From assembly GCA_030141605.1 (NCBI GenBank), contig JAQGDQ010000384.1, positions 25,167 to 89,166 of the forward strand: 64,000 bases of DNA, read 5' to 3'. The notes under the pieces are model-generated. The model was not told the DNA's origin. It did no database searches and worked only from the letters and a program-made list of their open reading frames with translations. The DNA comes from Tubiluchus corallicola. Lineage: Eukaryota > Animalia > Priapulida. The translations under genes were made by a program, and so were the position numbers. This document shows positions 19,021 to 30,500 of this stretch, piece by piece; the stretch's first letter is position 1; every line of letters begins with the position of its first letter.

Positions 19021-20622
19021 ATGAAACAAACAGCCATTGCCTTTATACTCCTATTAATAGTAATTACAGCTATCAAATGCGATGTAACTGCGCAAAAAAA
19101 GAACCCTTCACCACCTAACATACTGTATATAATGTCGGACGACCACGCCACCAACGCCATATCAGCCTACCCCTCGCGGTTAAACAGTGTTGTAAAAACT
19201 CCACATATAGATAGAATAGCAAAAGAAGGCGCTATAATGACCCACACTTTTGCTACAAATTCCATTTGCACACCCAGTAGAGCTTGCATAATGACAGGTA
19301 AATACAGCCAGAGAAATGGAGTATATACCCTAAGCGATGATTTTGATAGAGAGCAACCCAACTTTGTAAAAATGCTTCAAGAAGCAGGATACTCAACAGC
19401 TATTATTGGGAAATGGCATTTACATACCGAGCCTAGCGGATTTGACCATTATGCAGTACTGCCGGGACAAGGAAGATACTTTGACCCTATACTAAAAGTA
19501 AAAGGCACATTAAAATGGAAGCACGGAACAGAAGAAAATATTAATAGAAGTAAAAAAGCAGGAGGCACAGTTTTTAAAGGCTATGTTACAGACGTTATTA
19601 CCGACCTTAGCATAGAATGGTTGGAGAACAGAGACAAAACAAAACCCTTCTTCTTGATGTCGCACCACAAAGCTCCTCACGGACTATGGGAACCAGCACC
19701 ACGTCATAAAGACTTGTATGAAGACATAACAATCCCAGAGCCTAAAAGTTTATATGACAATGCCAACCACGGACCCCTCGATGGAAAGAAATACGGCACT
19801 TCTATATCATTGAGAAACCAAAGAAGAAATATGACAAAACAAACCACGAATCCCGCTAAATGGCCTAATGATATAATAGACACAACAGGATTAAGTTATG
19901 ATGAAAAAACCAGTGCTGCCTATCAAAAGTATCTCAAAGACTATTTACGTTGCGTAGCAGCCATAGATGAAAATGTAGGTAGATTGCTGAAATACTTAGA
20001 TGATAATGACTTAACAGACAATACTATCATTATATATACATCCGACCAAGGACAACTACTTGGCGAACACGACTATTTTGACAAGAGATGGATGTATGAA
20101 GAATCACTACGCATGCCATTTGTAATTCGCTATCCAAAACAGATAAAACCTAAAACACAAGTAGATGAAATAATTATTAATGCCGATTTTGCCCCTGCTC
20201 TGTTGGACTTTGCAGAAGTAAAAATACCACAAGATATGCAAGGAAAGAGTTTTAAAAAATTACTACAAAATAAAAAAGTAAATGATTGGAGAAACTCTAT
20301 GTATTATAGATACTGGATGAATATGGCTCACCACGACAACCCTGCACATTATGGTATCCGAACAGAAGACTATAAACTTATATTCTTTTACGGACTTCCA
20401 TTAGATGCAAAAGGAGCGTTAGACATTAAAGTAGAACCTTACTGGGAGCTATACAACCTTAAAAACGACCCCAAAGAACAAAACAACATATACAACAATC
20501 CAAAATATGCCAAGATACAACAACAACTAAAAGAAGAACTGTTGCAGCTGAAAGAAGAACTTGGCGATACTGATGAAAAATACCCAGAACTAATGGAAGT
20601 AAGAAAAAAGTATTGGGATTAA
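19021..20622 (+). CDS. S1 family sulfatase
   Basis: PNILYIMSDDH, ICTPSRA, GKWHL, HKAPH, YTSDQG, DKRWMYEESLRMP. Confidence 0.93.
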   Translation: MKQTAIAFILLLIVITAIKCDVTAQKKNPSPPNILYIMSDDHATNAISAYPSRLNSVVKTPHIDRIAKEGAIMTHTFATNSICTPSRACIMTGKYSQRNGVYTLSDDFDREQPNFVKMLQEAGYSTAIIGKWHLHTEPSGFDHYAVLPGQGRYFDPILKVKGTLKWKHGTEENINRSKKAGGTVFKGYVTDVITDLSIEWLENRDKTKPFFLMSHHKAPHGLWEPAPRHKDLYEDITIPEPKSLYDNANHGPLDGKKYGTSISLRNQRRNMTKQTTNPAKWPNDIIDTTGLSYDEKTSAAYQKYLKDYLRCVAAIDENVGRLLKYLDDNDLTDNTIIIYTSDQGQLLGEHDYFDKRWMYEESLRMPFVIRYPKQIKPKTQVDEIIINADFAPALLDFAEVKIPQDMQGKSFKKLLQNKKVNDWRNSMYYRYWMNMAHHDNPAHYGIRTEDYKLIFFYGLPLDAKGALDIKVEPYWELYNLKNDPKEQNNIYNNPKYAKIQQQLKEELLQLKEELGDTDEKYPELMEVRKKYWD

Positions 20623-20623
20623 T

Positions 20624-21367
20624 ATGAAATACCTACTCATAATATCAATTTTAATAGGTGCGCCATCTGTCGCTCAAAACAAAAGCAAAAAAAAACTAGA
20701 CCTATATACTAATATAGATGTATGGCAAGAGATAGTATCTGCCGAAGGCTATCAACGCTTAGCATTTCAATTTGTACAAGCCAATCCAGACCTGCCAAAT
20801 GTTTTAATTATGGGAAACTCAATATCCATAGGCTACACACCCCATGTGAGAAAAATATTGGAAGACAAAGCCAATGTATACAGAATACCTGCCAACGGAG
20901 GCGACACACAAAAAATGTTGGACAACAATAAACTTTGGCTTGGAAATATAAAGTGGGATATTATACATTTTAATTGGGGACTACACGACCTCAAATATGT
21001 CAAAAAAGAAAATACCACAACCAAAGAACAAAACATTCCCCCACAACAATATAAAGCTAATCTTGAAAAGATCATACAAATACTTATTCAAACTGACGCC
21101 AATCTGATATGGGCAAATACTTCATACATCCCAGAAGAGGCTGCGAAAAGAACACGAGGCGACGAAGTAAAATACAACAACATAGCCCTTGAAGTTATAA
21201 ACAAATATCCACAAATAGACATAGACGACCAATACACCCTTACAAAACAACATCCAGAAGAGCAAAAACCTCAAAATGTTCACTTCCTTGAAGCAGGGCA
21301 AAAAAGACAAGCCCAACAAGTAGCAAAGCATATAAATAAAATAATTACTAAAAATATTAACAAATAA
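20624..21367 (+). CDS. SGNH/GDSL-family hydrolase (putative O-acetylesterase)
   Basis: LIMGNSISIGY, HFNWGLHDLK, NVHF blocks. Confidence 0.85.
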   Translation: MKYLLIISILIGAPSVAQNKSKKKLDLYTNIDVWQEIVSAEGYQRLAFQFVQANPDLPNVLIMGNSISIGYTPHVRKILEDKANVYRIPANGGDTQKMLDNNKLWLGNIKWDIIHFNWGLHDLKYVKKENTTTKEQNIPPQQYKANLEKIIQILIQTDANLIWANTSYIPEEAAKRTRGDEVKYNNIALEVINKYPQIDIDDQYTLTKQHPEEQKPQNVHFLEAGQKRQAQQVAKHINKIITKNINK

Positions 21368-21380
21368 TAATATTTGATAT

Positions 21381-23672
21381 ATGAACTGTATTAAAACTCT
21401 CGTATTGCTAAGTATAGTAGTCTTAACATCTTGTAAGAAAAGCCATACATTTTATGTAGCTCCTAATGGGAATGACAACAACAACGGAACAATAGAACAA
21501 CCCTTTGCCACCATAGAAAAAGCAAAAGAAGTAATACGTAGCTTACCACAAAAAGAAAAAAACCAAAATATCACTATCAACCTACGAGGCGGAACACACC
21601 ACATCACACAAACATTAAAGTTTACATTAAACGACGCAGCACCCGATGGTTACACCTATACCTATCAAGCATATAAAGACGAAATTCCTATAATCACCTC
21701 GGGAGTATATATTACCCAATGGAAAAAACTAAGCAACTATCCTAAGGGGTTTCCTGAAAATGCAAAAGGCAAAGTATGGGTAGCAGACTTCCCAGAAGAG
21801 ATAGAACAGCCTTATTCACTTTTCACCAACGAAAAAAGAATACAACGAGCCAGAAAAGAAGGATTTACCATAAAACCTACACCCAAATATGACCGCGCTA
21901 AAAGTATGAACGTATATTATGACAAAGATAGATACCTGTTGACACAATTTGAATACGAAGACCCTGACAATATACTTAAACAATGGGACAACCTTATTGA
22001 CATAGAAATAGGTTTTGCACCCGTGCCTTGGGCTATGAATATTATACCTCTTAAAAATATAAACACCAACAAAAAAATAGCTAAACTCAGCATAGAAGCC
22101 AACGCTCCTCCCGGTTCTAAACTGTCGCATACTCAACCCTGGGTAGAAAACGTAATAGATTATATACAACCAAACACATTCGTAACCAATACTAAGGAAC
22201 GTAAAATATATTATTACCCCGAAAACAGTAAACCCGAAAATGATATTGTAGTTCCCTCACTTAAAGAATACCTACTTATAGAAGGCAACATAGACTATGA
22301 CGGAGCTACTGATATACCTGTAAAAAACCTTTCATTCGAAGGTATCACCTTTATGCACGGCGAAAGAGATACTTGGGAAAAAGGACACAAGGGATGGGGG
22401 ATACAACACGATTGGGACAAATTTGACACAGGCAACGCTATGCTACGACTAAGAGGAGCAGAAAATATTACCATAGAGAAATGCAGGTTTACCAATAGCA
22501 GCGGCTCTGCCATACGCCTTGACTTGTATGCACAAAATATTACTATCAAAAATAATTTGATAGACTATGTAGGGCATATGGGAATATTGCTTTGCGGTTA
22601 CGGGCCGGGAACCAAAGACGTAAATAAAAATAATACTATCACTAACAATTTAATACATCACGTAGGACAAGTTATCCAACACGGAGCAGGTATTTTCATT
22701 TGGCAAAGTGGAGCTAATACCGTGTCGCACAATGTTATTCACCACGTACCACGTAAAGGAGTAGGAATTTGTGGAGTAAGAATGCCTATACTGAAAAAAC
22801 CCAATGTAGATTGGGATGAAGCATCAAGCACCATTCGCTGGGATGAAATAAATACTACCATAGACCCAGATACTACGCAACAGTTATGGCATAGGTTTCT
22901 TCCCTACTTACACGCCAAAAATAACATAGTAGAATACAATGAAATATATAGAGCATTAGAAAAATTAGGCGATGGCTCAGTCCTTAATGTATCAGGAGCA
23001 GGAGAAGGTAACATAGTAAGAAACAATTACGTGCATCATATAGCCAGCCGTGCCTCAGGATGCTTGCGCACAGACGACTGGCAACGAGGAACAACTTTTG
23101 AGAACAATGTTATTTATATGACCAACATAGCAGCTATTGTGCATAAAGGTTTTAACCACATTAACAATAATATTGTGGTAGATTGTAGCGCGAAGGAATC
23201 TGTCCGCTTTGCCTCTTATCCAAACGAAGAGGCAGACTGGGGGTCATCTGTTCAAAGAAATATATTTTATGAATCAGGAAATAAAATAAACTATTATAGA
23301 ATATCTTACCGAGCTTCGGAAGGTATATCATCGCCCGAAAGGTGCAGTACAGATTATAACTTACTTTATTGTGTGGAAAACTCACAACAAAGCCAAGACC
23401 ACTTAGACAAATACCGCCCATTAGGCATAGAAAAAAACAGTATAGTAGCTGATCCATTGTTTAAAAATACTGATTTTGAAAATAGTCAATATCAACTGCA
23501 AAAACAATCACCAGCATTCGAACTTGGCTTCAAACAAATAGATTTTCCTAATATAGGCTTAACAAACGATTATCCAGAAAAATACAAAGCATTGGATATA
23601 GTCGTTAGTGATAAAACACCCAACTTTCACAGACACAAAGAAAAAGGAAAACAGCTATATGATTTTTGGTAA
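21381..23672 (+). CDS. GH141-like right-handed beta-helix glycosidase (lipoprotein)
   Basis: FYVAPNGND.N.GT.EQPFAT..KA, LRGG N-terminus; C-terminal beta-helix with DG..DD motifs; lipobox LTSC. Confidence 0.7.
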   Translation: MNCIKTLVLLSIVVLTSCKKSHTFYVAPNGNDNNNGTIEQPFATIEKAKEVIRSLPQKEKNQNITINLRGGTHHITQTLKFTLNDAAPDGYTYTYQAYKDEIPIITSGVYITQWKKLSNYPKGFPENAKGKVWVADFPEEIEQPYSLFTNEKRIQRARKEGFTIKPTPKYDRAKSMNVYYDKDRYLLTQFEYEDPDNILKQWDNLIDIEIGFAPVPWAMNIIPLKNINTNKKIAKLSIEANAPPGSKLSHTQPWVENVIDYIQPNTFVTNTKERKIYYYPENSKPENDIVVPSLKEYLLIEGNIDYDGATDIPVKNLSFEGITFMHGERDTWEKGHKGWGIQHDWDKFDTGNAMLRLRGAENITIEKCRFTNSSGSAIRLDLYAQNITIKNNLIDYVGHMGILLCGYGPGTKDVNKNNTITNNLIHHVGQVIQHGAGIFIWQSGANTVSHNVIHHVPRKGVGICGVRMPILKKPNVDWDEASSTIRWDEINTTIDPDTTQQLWHRFLPYLHAKNNIVEYNEIYRALEKLGDGSVLNVSGAGEGNIVRNNYVHHIASRASGCLRTDDWQRGTTFENNVIYMTNIAAIVHKGFNHINNNIVVDCSAKESVRFASYPNEEADWGSSVQRNIFYESGNKINYYRISYRASEGISSPERCSTDYNLLYCVENSQQSQDHLDKYRPLGIEKNSIVADPLFKNTDFENSQYQLQKQSPAFELGFKQIDFPNIGLTNDYPEKYKALDIVVSDKTPNFHRHKEKGKQLYDFW

Positions 23673-23728
23673 AACAACGTGAAAGCGCCTTAAACCATAG
23701 CAATATTTACGACCTATAAAGGTGAAAT

Positions 23729-23814
23729 ATAAGGCTACATATTTAACTCTTGCTTTTTTAGAGTATACTTATCTCATCCAATATATTCTAAAAAAGCAAG
23801 AGATGTAGTCTTAT
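23729..23814. terminator. long hairpin between convergent operons
   Basis: 16-bp perfect inner stem 23747-23762/23787-23802 plus outer ATAAGGCTACAT/ATGTAGTCTTAT. Confidence 0.6.
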
Positions 23815-23837
23815 TGGGTATATATTCCAAATAAAAC

Positions 23838-23891
23838 ACTGTGGGTATATTATATATAATTACAAGCATTGATATATAATATACCCACAGT
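23838..23891. terminator. 20-bp perfect hairpin between convergent operons
   Basis: ACTGTGGGTATATTATATAT (23838-23857) / ATATATAATATACCCACAGT (23872-23891). Confidence 0.65.
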
Positions 23892-23923
23892 ATTTACATT
23901 ACAGTATTTATTGTTTTTTATCT

Positions 23924-25357
23924 TTACTCTTCATAAAATTTATAGTCGTCGTGGTTATATAAGTGTTTTTGCACTGATTTAGGAGCTGTATATTCTTTTA
24001 GAAATCTTTTCCCTCTCTGTGTTTTCCAATGGGGATGGTCTTCTGTAATAGGTGGAAATTGTGCTAATATTTCATCAAACTTTTTCCTTACTGTTGCGTG
24101 TTGTGGGTCATCATTTACTAACTCGTATCCCTTCCAGAATCTGTTTTCTCCCGTATAATAGAATCGCCCTCTAGGCATCCCCAGCATAGGGTTTACTACT
24201 TCTAATAAATAGTCTTTTGTTCTTACCAGTTGAGAGGTAGAAATAAAGCCATATATCCAGTCGCGATGTGTATCTTTTTTTCCTGCAATGAATGGAACAA
24301 GGCTTTCTCCATCAAATTTATAGCCTTTCGGCACTTTTGCTTCTGCCAACTCTACAAGAGTTGGTGCAATATCGGAAAAATCTGTTAGCTCATCAGTAGC
24401 TCCTCTTTGCTTTACTCCTGCTCCTGCTATAATATTAATAACGTGTGGTCCTCGCTCTACTCCTCTGGTTTTTGCTGTTACTCCTGTTCCATTATCAGAA
24501 GTGAAAATAATAATAGTGTTATCTGCTATGCCCAATTCATCTACTTTATTCATTATTCTCCCTACCAATAGGTCTATATATTCATTGAGTGATTCGAATC
24601 GTTCTTTGTTTTCTTCTTTCGAAGGTGAGTCTCCCAAAATACCTACTTCACCTCTCAATGGGTTGGTAGGCATTCCTGTTCTTGTACCATGTGGTGCCAC
24701 AGTAGGCCAATAGGCAAGAAATGGTTTGCCTTCCTTAGTTTTTCTTTCCATAAAGTCCATAATGAAATCGGCACAAATTTCAGGTCCATAATCAGCTGGC
24801 TTGGTGGGAACAGGTTTGTGGTTTTTTACTAAGGCTGGATGCCAGTATCTCGATGGGGTGTCTTCATTTTCCATTGCTCCTGTAAATCCATCGTATTTTT
24901 CCCATAGGCAGTATTCTTCAAAACCTACTTCTTCTTCGTAAGGCATTTGTCTTCCGCAGTGCCATTTGCCTGCTATGGCTGTAGCATAGCCAGCGTCTTT
25001 CAACAATTTTCCAAAGCTAAGGTTGTCTTTAAATAGCCTGACATTGCTTTCTCCTATCCACAGAGAATTTTGCAATGCTCCTGTGGTGTTGCCGTAACGA
25101 CCTGTCATTATTTGTGCTCGTGAGGGGCCGCACATTGCCGAAGCATAACAAGTTTTGAACATTACTCCGCTTTCTGCAAGTTTATCCACATTGGGGGTTT
25201 TTACTGCTGCTTCCATCCCATAGGGAGTATAGGGAGCAAAGCAACTATAAAGGTCTGGACTTACATCATCGGTTAAGATAAGTATAATATTAGGTTTTTT
25301 ATTTCCATAAATATTTATAGAAACAACTGCTAAAAGTATTATAAGTATTTTTTTCAT
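23924..25357 (-). CDS. S1 family sulfatase
   Basis: KPNIILILTDD, MCGPSRA, AGKWH, TSDNGT. Confidence 0.92.
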   Translation of the reverse strand: MKKILIILLAVVSINIYGNKKPNIILILTDDVSPDLYSCFAPYTPYGMEAAVKTPNVDKLAESGVMFKTCYASAMCGPSRAQIMTGRYGNTTGALQNSLWIGESNVRLFKDNLSFGKLLKDAGYATAIAGKWHCGRQMPYEEEVGFEEYCLWEKYDGFTGAMENEDTPSRYWHPALVKNHKPVPTKPADYGPEICADFIMDFMERKTKEGKPFLAYWPTVAPHGTRTGMPTNPLRGEVGILGDSPSKEENKERFESLNEYIDLLVGRIMNKVDELGIADNTIIIFTSDNGTGVTAKTRGVERGPHVINIIAGAGVKQRGATDELTDFSDIAPTLVELAEAKVPKGYKFDGESLVPFIAGKKDTHRDWIYGFISTSQLVRTKDYLLEVVNPMLGMPRGRFYYTGENRFWKGYELVNDDPQHATVRKKFDEILAQFPPITEDHPHWKTQRGKRFLKEYTAPKSVQKHLYNHDDYKFYEE

Positions 25358-25368
25358 TTTTTTTGTTT

Positions 25369-27504
25369 TTAATTTTCTATATTATTCGTAGTAGTAAATT
25401 CCCATATATCCCCTTCTATTACTTGATTACCTTTTACGGCATCTACTTTCCAATAGTAAGTAGTACTATTTTTTAGATTTTGAGGGTTAAAGATGTTGTT
25501 AGCTTGTGCTTTTTCCAGTTTCAATTTATTTTTATTTGTGCCGAAATATATCTTATAGCTATCAGCTTTATAAGATTTTTTCCACATTAAGCTATTTTCT
25601 TTTGAGAATTTATTGTATCCACTGTGTGGAATAGGGAAACTGGTTTTTTCTTCTTGTCTGCCTGCCATCCAATAATTCTCATCGCCATATTCATAAGCTC
25701 CTATATCTGGTGCTTTACCTTTGTAGCTGTCATTTATTCCTTTTACTTTCACACCTGCATTTACTATCATAGCTCCCTTTTTAGGTCTAAAATCAAATAT
25801 TTCGGGTGCTACAAGTTGGCTGCTTATCTCTTCTTGTTGGGGATAGCCCACCCAGTTATTGCTTATATAATCTGACTGTGCCGTAAGGGGTAGTTCTCCA
25901 TCGGGCTTTTTACGGTGCCCCGACATTGTGCCTGAAAGATTGTTTTTGACAAGGGTATTATAATTGTCTTTCCATGGCTCTATTTCTTTGAGTACAACTA
26001 TATCGTTCTTCTCGCTATTGCCAATTGTATTGTGATATAGTTGATGCTTATCTCCTTTCGACATTAATCCTCCTCCTACTTTATAAGTTACATTATGATG
26101 TGAAAGCCCTTTTTCTCCTCCTTTTAAATTGCTAACTCCCATAGGTTTGTCATATCTTATGCCAAATTTTACGGAGTTGATTAGCCAGTTGTATCTTGCA
26201 ATAGAATTGGGCTGTGCTCTGATTTGATGCTGAATCAATGCTCCATCGTTTTGAAGAAAGCCTGTGGCTGTCATATAATTGTATTCCACTACCATTGGGG
26301 CACTAAGATAAAGAGTTTCCGAACATCCACATTGAGCTATAGTATTTTGCCTAAATGTATTTTTATTTCCTGTAAAATATACTGATGCACCCAGTCTAGG
26401 AGCATTGGCACAACTTATATCTATGTTTTGAAATAGAGTGTTTTCTATCAAACAGTTATCTCCTTTTATATGTATGCTATGCCCATCGGTGTTTCTAAAA
26501 GTACAATTTTTTACTGTATTGTTATCACCTTGTAAATAAGTACCTTCTATTTCGCTTAGGTCTTTTAGCATTCGCTTAGAATAGCTGGGATACATAAAAT
26601 TGCAGTCTTCTACTATAATATTAGAAGAGTTGATAAATTGTATTGTCGTTCCAAAAAAGTCCAATCCTTTCAAATGCACGAAACCAACATTCTTACAGTT
26701 CAAAAAATAGGTTTGAACTTTCCCTCTTATTGAAGATGTAGATGGTTCCTTGTTTTTAGGAGGATAAAGATATGCTGTGTTTAATTCCATATCGTAAAAC
26801 CATTCGTTTTCTACATCTAGAAATTCCTTTTTCCCCTCCAAATAGAAGTAATGGTGTTTAGGTCTATATAATTTTACCTCGGAGTTGTAGGTGAATTTTT
26901 TTTCTGCGGTGTTATGTTCTGTTACTATTCGTGCATAAGTAACAAAACTGCCTATGTTCATTATTGCTACGGCATTGGTAATATCGTCATAGGGCAAAGG
27001 GTCTGTGTAGGCTTCTATTTTTTCTTTGTGCGATGAGGCCTTAGGGTCTCCGTGTAGCCAAGATTTTTCCCTATCCCATATTGAGCTATCTTGAAAACTT
27101 GCATTAGGGTAACGAGCCATTATCATCCATTCGCCATCTACAAATAATTGAGATATTGGTTTTGGGGGTTTTGCTTTATATATATTGTTCTTTTCTTGTT
27201 TCCAGTCTTTTATTTCTATTGTTCCATCAAGGGTTACTTTCTCTTGTTGATAGTTGGTAATAATAATGGGGGAATTTTTAGTTCCTTTCAGACCATCTAT
27301 GTTTATTTCTTCTTGGTAATTGCCTCCTCTTATATAGAGTATATCGCCTGCTTTTAGTTGTTTTATTGCCTTTTCTATGGTTTTAAAAGGACTGCCGATT
27401 GTTCCGTTGTTTTTATCTTTCCCATTAGTGGCTACATAATACTCTTTGGCTTGTGTAAGGTTACACAGCAAAAAAACGGGTAGTAAAATAATAATTTTTT
27501 TCAT
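25369..27504 (-). CDS. secreted right-handed beta-helix protein (putative glycoside hydrolase/lyase) with C-terminal Fn3-like segment
   Basis: Signal peptide; YYVATNGKDKNNGT..SPFKTI..A; parallel beta-helix repeats; APDIGAYEYG; YYWKVDAV. Confidence 0.7.
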   Translation of the reverse strand: MKKIIILLPVFLLCNLTQAKEYYVATNGKDKNNGTIGSPFKTIEKAIKQLKAGDILYIRGGNYQEEINIDGLKGTKNSPIIITNYQQEKVTLDGTIEIKDWKQEKNNIYKAKPPKPISQLFVDGEWMIMARYPNASFQDSSIWDREKSWLHGDPKASSHKEKIEAYTDPLPYDDITNAVAIMNIGSFVTYARIVTEHNTAEKKFTYNSEVKLYRPKHHYFYLEGKKEFLDVENEWFYDMELNTAYLYPPKNKEPSTSSIRGKVQTYFLNCKNVGFVHLKGLDFFGTTIQFINSSNIIVEDCNFMYPSYSKRMLKDLSEIEGTYLQGDNNTVKNCTFRNTDGHSIHIKGDNCLIENTLFQNIDISCANAPRLGASVYFTGNKNTFRQNTIAQCGCSETLYLSAPMVVEYNYMTATGFLQNDGALIQHQIRAQPNSIARYNWLINSVKFGIRYDKPMGVSNLKGGEKGLSHHNVTYKVGGGLMSKGDKHQLYHNTIGNSEKNDIVVLKEIEPWKDNYNTLVKNNLSGTMSGHRKKPDGELPLTAQSDYISNNWVGYPQQEEISSQLVAPEIFDFRPKKGAMIVNAGVKVKGINDSYKGKAPDIGAYEYGDENYWMAGRQEEKTSFPIPHSGYNKFSKENSLMWKKSYKADSYKIYFGTNKNKLKLEKAQANNIFNPQNLKNSTTYYWKVDAVKGNQVIEGDIWEFTTTNNIEN

Positions 27505-27525
27505 AATTTTTTATACATTTTTTTA

Positions 27526-30500
27526 TTAATTTTTCACAAATTTCGTTGTTTGTAATTCTTGTTCATTGACTCCTATTAGTTTCAATATATGTATTCCTTT
27601 TTGTAAGTGTGTTATATCTATTTCTTCGTATTTGTTAAACACAGGTTTAACGGAGCGATATTCGTTCTTGCCATTTATATTGTAAATCTCTATTCTTCTT
27701 AGCGACAAGTCCGCTAGCATTCTTATACTTGTATTTGTAATAGTTATAAAAATTTCGTCTACTTTTACTTTGTTTTCAACATTGGTTAATAAAAATGATT
27801 GCAGCACTCCTCCACCGGAAACAATGATATTTGTCGTTGTTTTGTTAAATTTTGCCATCAGTCTAGTGTTGGGCTGAACTTCTATACGTCCAAATAAATC
27901 TAATGTCAGACCAAAAGTATTGGCAGATACAATGTCTATGTTGGTTATTTCTATTGTTGCAGAGGTGTCGCCTCGTTCTACCTCCACTTGAAAGTCTTCT
28001 AATTGTGGGGTTTCTATTCTATCTATTTCTTTGTTCAACTCTACATATATTTGCTGACAACTAGATGAGCTGTAACTTTGCACAACTATTGGTGGGGCAA
28101 CTCCATTGCTGAAAATAACATCAAAAATAATGTTTGCAAAGAGAGGGGCGTTGTCTGCAGCTGTAATTTTATTACCTATGTATTGTAAAGTTACTGTATC
28201 CATAGTTGTTATATCAACTGTTATATCTCTGTCTATGCTCAGAACTATTATTTTGCCTTCGCTATTTTCTTTTATCGCTATATTTTCTATCGGAACTTCT
28301 TGGAATTCTTCTGTGTCTTTTTTCTTTATGCTGATAATAAAATCGCTTTCTCTTCCTTCTACTTCTACACTTTCTGGCAATAATGTCCTATCGCACAATA
28401 CTTCTACTTTTGTTAAATCGGCGTTAAAATAAGGAGCTATAATACTGACGTTTTTCCCTGCTGCTTGTTCTGTGTTCACTTGTTTCTCTATCTGGTCTAA
28501 TAGCTTGCCATTTCCTTCTCCTAAAATGTTGCCTATCTCTGAATTGTAATCTAACAAAACAAAATCAGTGTTAATTATTCTTGTTGAAATTTCTGATAGG
28601 GTGAGGATTAATTGTTTTTCATCTTCCGTATTTATTTCTATATTGTCTATTTCATAGTTGTTTGTAGATGGAGTGTATGCTGTCTCTTCCCAATTTTCTA
28701 CTGTTAAACGAAAGGCTTTTATATTGTTGTTTATGTCAGATATGTCTATTATCTTTCTATCAAAGGATAATAGTATTTGATGCCCAATGTCGTATATGTC
28801 TATATTTTCCAATATGGGGGATTCTCCATATACCATATTTGTTACTGTTTCTTTTTCCTGAAAATAGCTATTAGGTATTGAGTCCATTATGCCTCCGTCT
28901 TCCGATTTTATTTCTTTGCCTAAGTAGCTAAAAACTATACTGTCGGAGTTTGTTAGGTTTCTCCCAAATGTTAACATATCTAAATTGAGCATAATGACTT
29001 CATCATTGTACAAGTATTTAGCAGCATTATTTACAAGTATAGTATCTGGGGTAGTTGCTTTATTGGGATATATTTCTATTACAAAATCTTCTGTTATATT
29101 TATTTTATCTACATCTATTTCTTGCATCGTTTTATAAAAGCTTAAAAAAATGCTTCCCCCATCATTTGATGTTGTTGTTTCTTTCAATACAGGTGCAGCA
29201 CCTGTGTAGTTGTTCAAAACCTTCACAGGCGAGAAGGCTGTAAGAACACCTCTCTCCTCTGTTTGTATTTCATTGGCGGCTCCCCTTTCTACTCCTGTGT
29301 ATGAAACCACTAATAGCTGATTGCTGTTTATCTCTCCTGCTGATAGGGTTAGTAGTATAGTATCGTTTGTAAAAGTTATAGAACTTATTTCTAAGTCTTC
29401 TTGTGCAATAGTATCTCTTACTTTAAAATGGCCTTTGATAGTTTCAGGGTCACTACCAGTTATGCCTGCTACTGGAAGACTGGTAATAAGTATAATAGTA
29501 TCTTGATTTGCAGCTGTTTGAGATGATAAAACTTGTGGGGCTATTCCTGCGGCGTTTTCTACATTTACATTTTCGAAAAATGCTTCCAAGTCCACGCCAC
29601 TGGTTGAAGTTATCTTATTCTCGCCAACATCATAGCGAACAGTTACAGTTTTTGTGCGGTCTATAACCGTATGTAAACACAAGGCTATTGTGCTAGCACC
29701 TTGTAAGGTAACTTCTGTAATAAGTATTGGTTTCTCATCAGCTAATATTTCAAAATCATTTTCTATTCCTTCAACAATAGTTGCTGCATTTATTTCTTGA
29801 CTTACTGATATTAGCACAGTGTCTCCTCTGTGGTTACTGGTTGTGGAACCGGGTATAGGAAGTGGAGAGGCACCCGGAATCTTATTAATTACAAATAGAT
29901 TGGAAAAATTTTTAACTTTCCCTCCATAAACCGTAGTTAATCCTCCTATATCTTCATCATAAGATAAATACATTATATCATCTTTGGTAAGTGGCTCTTC
30001 AAGTGTAAGTTGGACTTGTTTTGAATCTGTATCTGAAATTTTTATTTTAGTTATAGCTCGGTTTGCTCCATCAGACAGGGTAAGAGTAAAACCCAAAGGC
30101 TCATCTGTGTTGGTCTCTATATCACTATCAAAATTAATGAAAATAGAATCTCCATCTTCATTCGTTATAATGGAACCTACAATATAGGCAGGGCGAAAGG
30201 GTGCTTCATCAATATTGATAGAAATAGTATCGTTGCTCAGGGGGTTTTCTATATCGTTATCACCATCTGTTGTTGCTCTTATCTCTGTGCCTATGTAAGA
30301 AATTTTTATGTCCTCGTCATTATATATGATGTCTTCGTCTGCTAAATATAAGTCTAAAATTTGAGGAGAGGATAATATTACACTTTTTAAAGTATGATTT
30401 TCTATTTCAAAACTATTTACAACTGTTGAAGTAATAGTTGCTGGGTCTATGTCTTTATCTACTTCAAGGGTTATTTTATTGCCATCGCTATTAACAGCGG

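Noticed and set aside
20624-21367. GNS instead of GDS in the SGNH hydrolase as a sign of inactivation
   Set aside because: Catalytic Ser, oxyanion Gly/Asn and His are all present; the substitution is not at a catalytic position.
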